Of a stretch of 62,084 nt of DNA, positions 59,604 through 62,084 are shown one piece after another; positions within the stretch are counted from its first letter, which is position 1; each line of letters begins with the position of its first letter. The stretch is from the NCBI GenBank assembly GCA_009693245.1, contig SHXO01000005.1:1-62084 (forward strand). Direction: 5' to 3'. The translations under genes were made by a program, and so were the position numbers. The notes beneath the pieces were generated by a model that worked only from the letters and a program-made list of their open reading frames with translations, did not search any database and was not told the origin of the DNA. The stretch is from Betaproteobacteria bacterium (GTDB lineage: Bacteria > Pseudomonadota > Gammaproteobacteria > Burkholderiales > SHXO01).

Positions 59604-61118
59604 ATGAAGCCATTTTCCCATCCTTCCGTGTTTCTTGTCTTGTGCATGACAAATGGTGCTTTCGCGGCGCAGACTGGCCATTCCATCACCATCTACAGCA
59701 GTGCGCAGCCCGGCGCGATTCCCGCAGAGATTTACCGGCACGGTGCGCAAGCGGGCTACGCCGTGCCGGGGTACGCATTGGTGCGTCATGACCGAGAAAT
59801 CGCTCTTGCGAGCGGGCGCAACGAAGTTCGGTTCACGGATGTGGCGGGTTTAATCGACCCGACGACCGTTTCCTTTCAGTCATTGACGGACCCGCGGGGT
59901 GCGCGTGTGATCGAGCAAAACTTTCAGTTCGATTTGGTGAGCACGGAGAAGTTAATGCGGAAGTTCGTTGACCGCGAGATTTCCGTAGAACAAACTCGCG
60001 AAGCCAAGGTGGAGACCTTCAACGGAACCCTGCTTTCCACTCAAGGAAGCATCGTGCTCCGGCAAGCCGACGGCATGGTGCGTAGCATTCCACACAACTC
60101 CGGAGTGGTCTTGCCCAACCTGCCCGGCGGGCTCATCACGCGGCCCACGCTCTTGTGGGAGGTGGCGGCACAAAAGGCTGGCGCTCACAATGTGCGCGTG
60201 TCCTACCAAACCACTGGCGTTACTTGGTGGGCTGATTACAACCTTACCTACACGGAAGGCGCGGATGCGAACTCGTGCAAGGTGGATGTGGGCGCCTGGG
60301 TGAGTATCCTCAACCAGTCGGGCGCGGGCTACCCGGAGGCAAAGATCAAGCTCATCGCCGGCGATGTACACCGGGCACCACAACCGCAAGCCACGGGCGG
60401 CTTGCGAGCCTCCATGGAAATGAAGCGTGAAGATCTGGCCGAGGCGGGGTTCCAAGAAAAGTCTTTCTTCGAGTATCACCTCTATACGTTGGGGCGGCCC
60501 AGCACTCTGCCCGACAATTCCACCAAGCAGATCGAGTTGTTCCCCTCCGTGAGTTCGGTGCCCTGCGATAAGACCCTGGTCTGCTACGGCTAGGACGGAA
60601 ACTATTTTGGCTATGGCGGCAGCCCGATCACGGACCGCAACTTCGGGCTCACTGGGAATAAGAAGGTGGACACCTACCTGAGCTTCAAGAACACGAAGGA
60701 CAACAACATGGGCGTGCCCCTCCCCTCGGGCCGGGTGCGCGTGAGTAAGCTCGATAGCGCCGATGGATCCATGGAGTTCATCGGCGAGGACCGCATCGAT
60801 CACACGCCCAAGAACGAAACCATCCTGCTAAAACTGGGCTCGGCCTTCGACGTGGTGGGGGAGCGCCGGCAAGTGGAATTCAAGATAGACACGAACCGCA
60901 ACACCATGACGGAGGAGATCGATGTCAAGATTCGCAACCGCAAGGAAGAAGCGGTGAAAGTGATCGTGAAGGAGAACCTCTACCGCTGGACGAACTGGAA
61001 GATCACCCAAGCCTCCCACGCCTTCGAGAAACAGGATGGACGCACGATTCATATTCCCGTCACCATTGGCGCGGACAAGGAAGCCGTGATCAAGTACACG
61101 GTGAGGTATTCTTGGTGA
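59604..61118 (+). pseudogene. DUF4139-domain secreted protein interrupted by an in-frame TAG
   Basis: Signal peptide MKPFSHPSVFLVLCMTNGAFAA. The frame is continuous across TAG 60591-60593 (LVCYG*DGNYFGYGG...). The C-terminal part reads GSMEFIGEDRIDHTPKNE...VRYSW. Confidence 0.6.
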
Positions 61119-61190
61119 GGCGTGAGAGGTGAGAGGTGAAAGGTGAGGCGTGAGGAGTGACGAGGGAGGAGTGAGGGGTAGGATCGAGGA
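61114..61190. repeat. degenerate heptamer array (NNGTGAG)x about 10
   Basis: GGTGAGGCGTGAGAGGTGAGAGGTGAAAGGTGAGGCGTGAGGAGTGACGAGGGAGGAGTGAGGGGTAGG. It starts at the TGA stop of the DUF4139 gene and covers the 5' end of the next ORF. Confidence 0.8.
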
Positions 61191-62073
61191 GGCTGCCGTG
61201 CGCGTGGGTTCTCGCGTGCGCAAGACGCCGGTTGCCGAGTTGGATTCGCGAACGGTGCTAAAGCTCGAATTACTTCAGCACACCGGTTCGTTCAAACCGC
61301 GCGGGGCATTTAATCGCATGCTGTCTTCCGAAATTCCTTCGGCGGGCGTGATCGCGGCGTCGGGGGGAAATCATGGGGCGGCCGTGGCGTATGCGGCGCG
61401 CGAACTGGGCGTGGCCGCCGAAATATTTGTTCCGTCGGTTACGCCCGCGACGAAGCTAGCGCGTTTGCAGGCTTATGGCGCCACCATTCATCAAGTGGGT
61501 GCAAGCTACTCAGAAGCCTTTGTTGCCATGCAAGCGCGGGCTGGCGGCACGGGTGCGCTGGTGGTCCACGCCTACGACCAGGAGGAGGTGGTGGCGGGGC
61601 AGGGCACCCTCGCTCGTGAAATGGAATTGCAGATAGGTGGGTTGGATGCGGTGTTCGTGGCCGTGGGCGGCGGCGGGCTCATTGGCGGGGTTGCGGGATG
61701 GTTCGAGAATCGCGTGCGCGTGATCGGCGTGGAACCGTCCTCTTGCGCGACGCTGCACGACGCCTTGAAGGCCGGGGAACCGGTCGATGTGCCGGTGTCT
61801 GGTATCGCGGCGGATTCGCTGGGCGCGAAGCGCATCGGAGCCATCGCCTTTTCCATTGCACGTAAGTTCGAGAGCGAGGTGATCCTCGTTTCCGGCGAAG
61901 AAATCGTGCAAGCCCAGCGTTTTCTATGGGAGCGCTTTCGCGTCGCGGCCGAGCCTGGCGGTGCCGCGGCCCTGGCGGGATTCTTGTCCGGCCGCGCGGG
62001 CCTTGAATCCGGTGCGCGCGCCGCTGTCATTGTCTGTGGCGGCAATGTAGATCCCGCGACGCTGGCTGGGTGA
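61150..62073 (+). CDS. PLP-dependent serine/threonine dehydratase family protein
   Basis: VRKTPVAELDSRTVLKLELLQHTGSFKPRGA (PLP Lys) and SGGNHGAAVAYAA. The start (GTG at 61150 or 61171) lies inside the heptamer array and is uncertain. Confidence 0.85.
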   Translation: MRSDEGGVRGRIEEAAVRVGSRVRKTPVAELDSRTVLKLELLQHTGSFKPRGAFNRMLSSEIPSAGVIAASGGNHGAAVAYAARELGVAAEIFVPSVTPATKLARLQAYGATIHQVGASYSEAFVAMQARAGGTGALVVHAYDQEEVVAGQGTLAREMELQIGGLDAVFVAVGGGGLIGGVAGWFENRVRVIGVEPSSCATLHDALKAGEPVDVPVSGIAADSLGAKRIGAIAFSIARKFESEVILVSGEEIVQAQRFLWERFRVAAEPGGAAALAGFLSGRAGLESGARAAVIVCGGNVDPATLAG

Positions 62074-62084
62074 TCGCGGCGAGG

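Overview
High-GC (about 60% or more) proteobacterial chromosome segment. The conserved gene order (hemH-hrcA / nadK-recN / fur / bamE-dapB / carAB-greA / yhbY / rlmE-ftsH-folP-glmM / pstSCAB / glnS) looks betaproteobacterial. No rRNA, tRNA, CRISPR array, integrase or transposase was seen by eye. Accessory content sits between the housekeeping blocks. (1) An 8-gene minus-strand cluster (9.8-21.9 kb) resembles the N-methylglutamate pathway for methylamine use: sarcosine-oxidase-like beta/delta/alpha/gamma subunits, a class II amidotransferase, glutamate-synthase-like modules and a type III glutamine-synthetase-like ligase. Its domain fusions are unusual. (2) A DUF2282 precursor, DUF692 (MNIO) and DUF2063 operon (52.9-54.8 kb) matches the recently described bufferin class of copper-binding RiPPs. 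It is followed by a frameshifted thioredoxin-fold gene and preceded by a Cys-rich secreted protein. (3) A decayed defence-like patch (5.8-8.9 kb) holds an hsdM pseudogene full of small palindromic repeat insertions, plus a metallopeptidase/nucleotidyltransferase deletion-fusion. (4) A DUF433/DUF5615 toxin-antitoxin-like pair follows pstB where phoU would be expected. (5) An orphan Anbu-type proteasome homologue is present. (6) An operon encodes three tiny membrane proteins and an APC permease. Dispersed repeats include degenerate GTGAGGC heptamer arrays that begin at the TGA stop of two genes (greA and the DUF4139 gene), with a single unit over the carA stop and an inverted array before carB. 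There are also REP-like hairpins and a MITE-like element with 17-bp inverted repeats. Several genes carry frameshifts or in-frame TAG codons. These could be real decay or assembly error, and the sequence alone cannot tell which.
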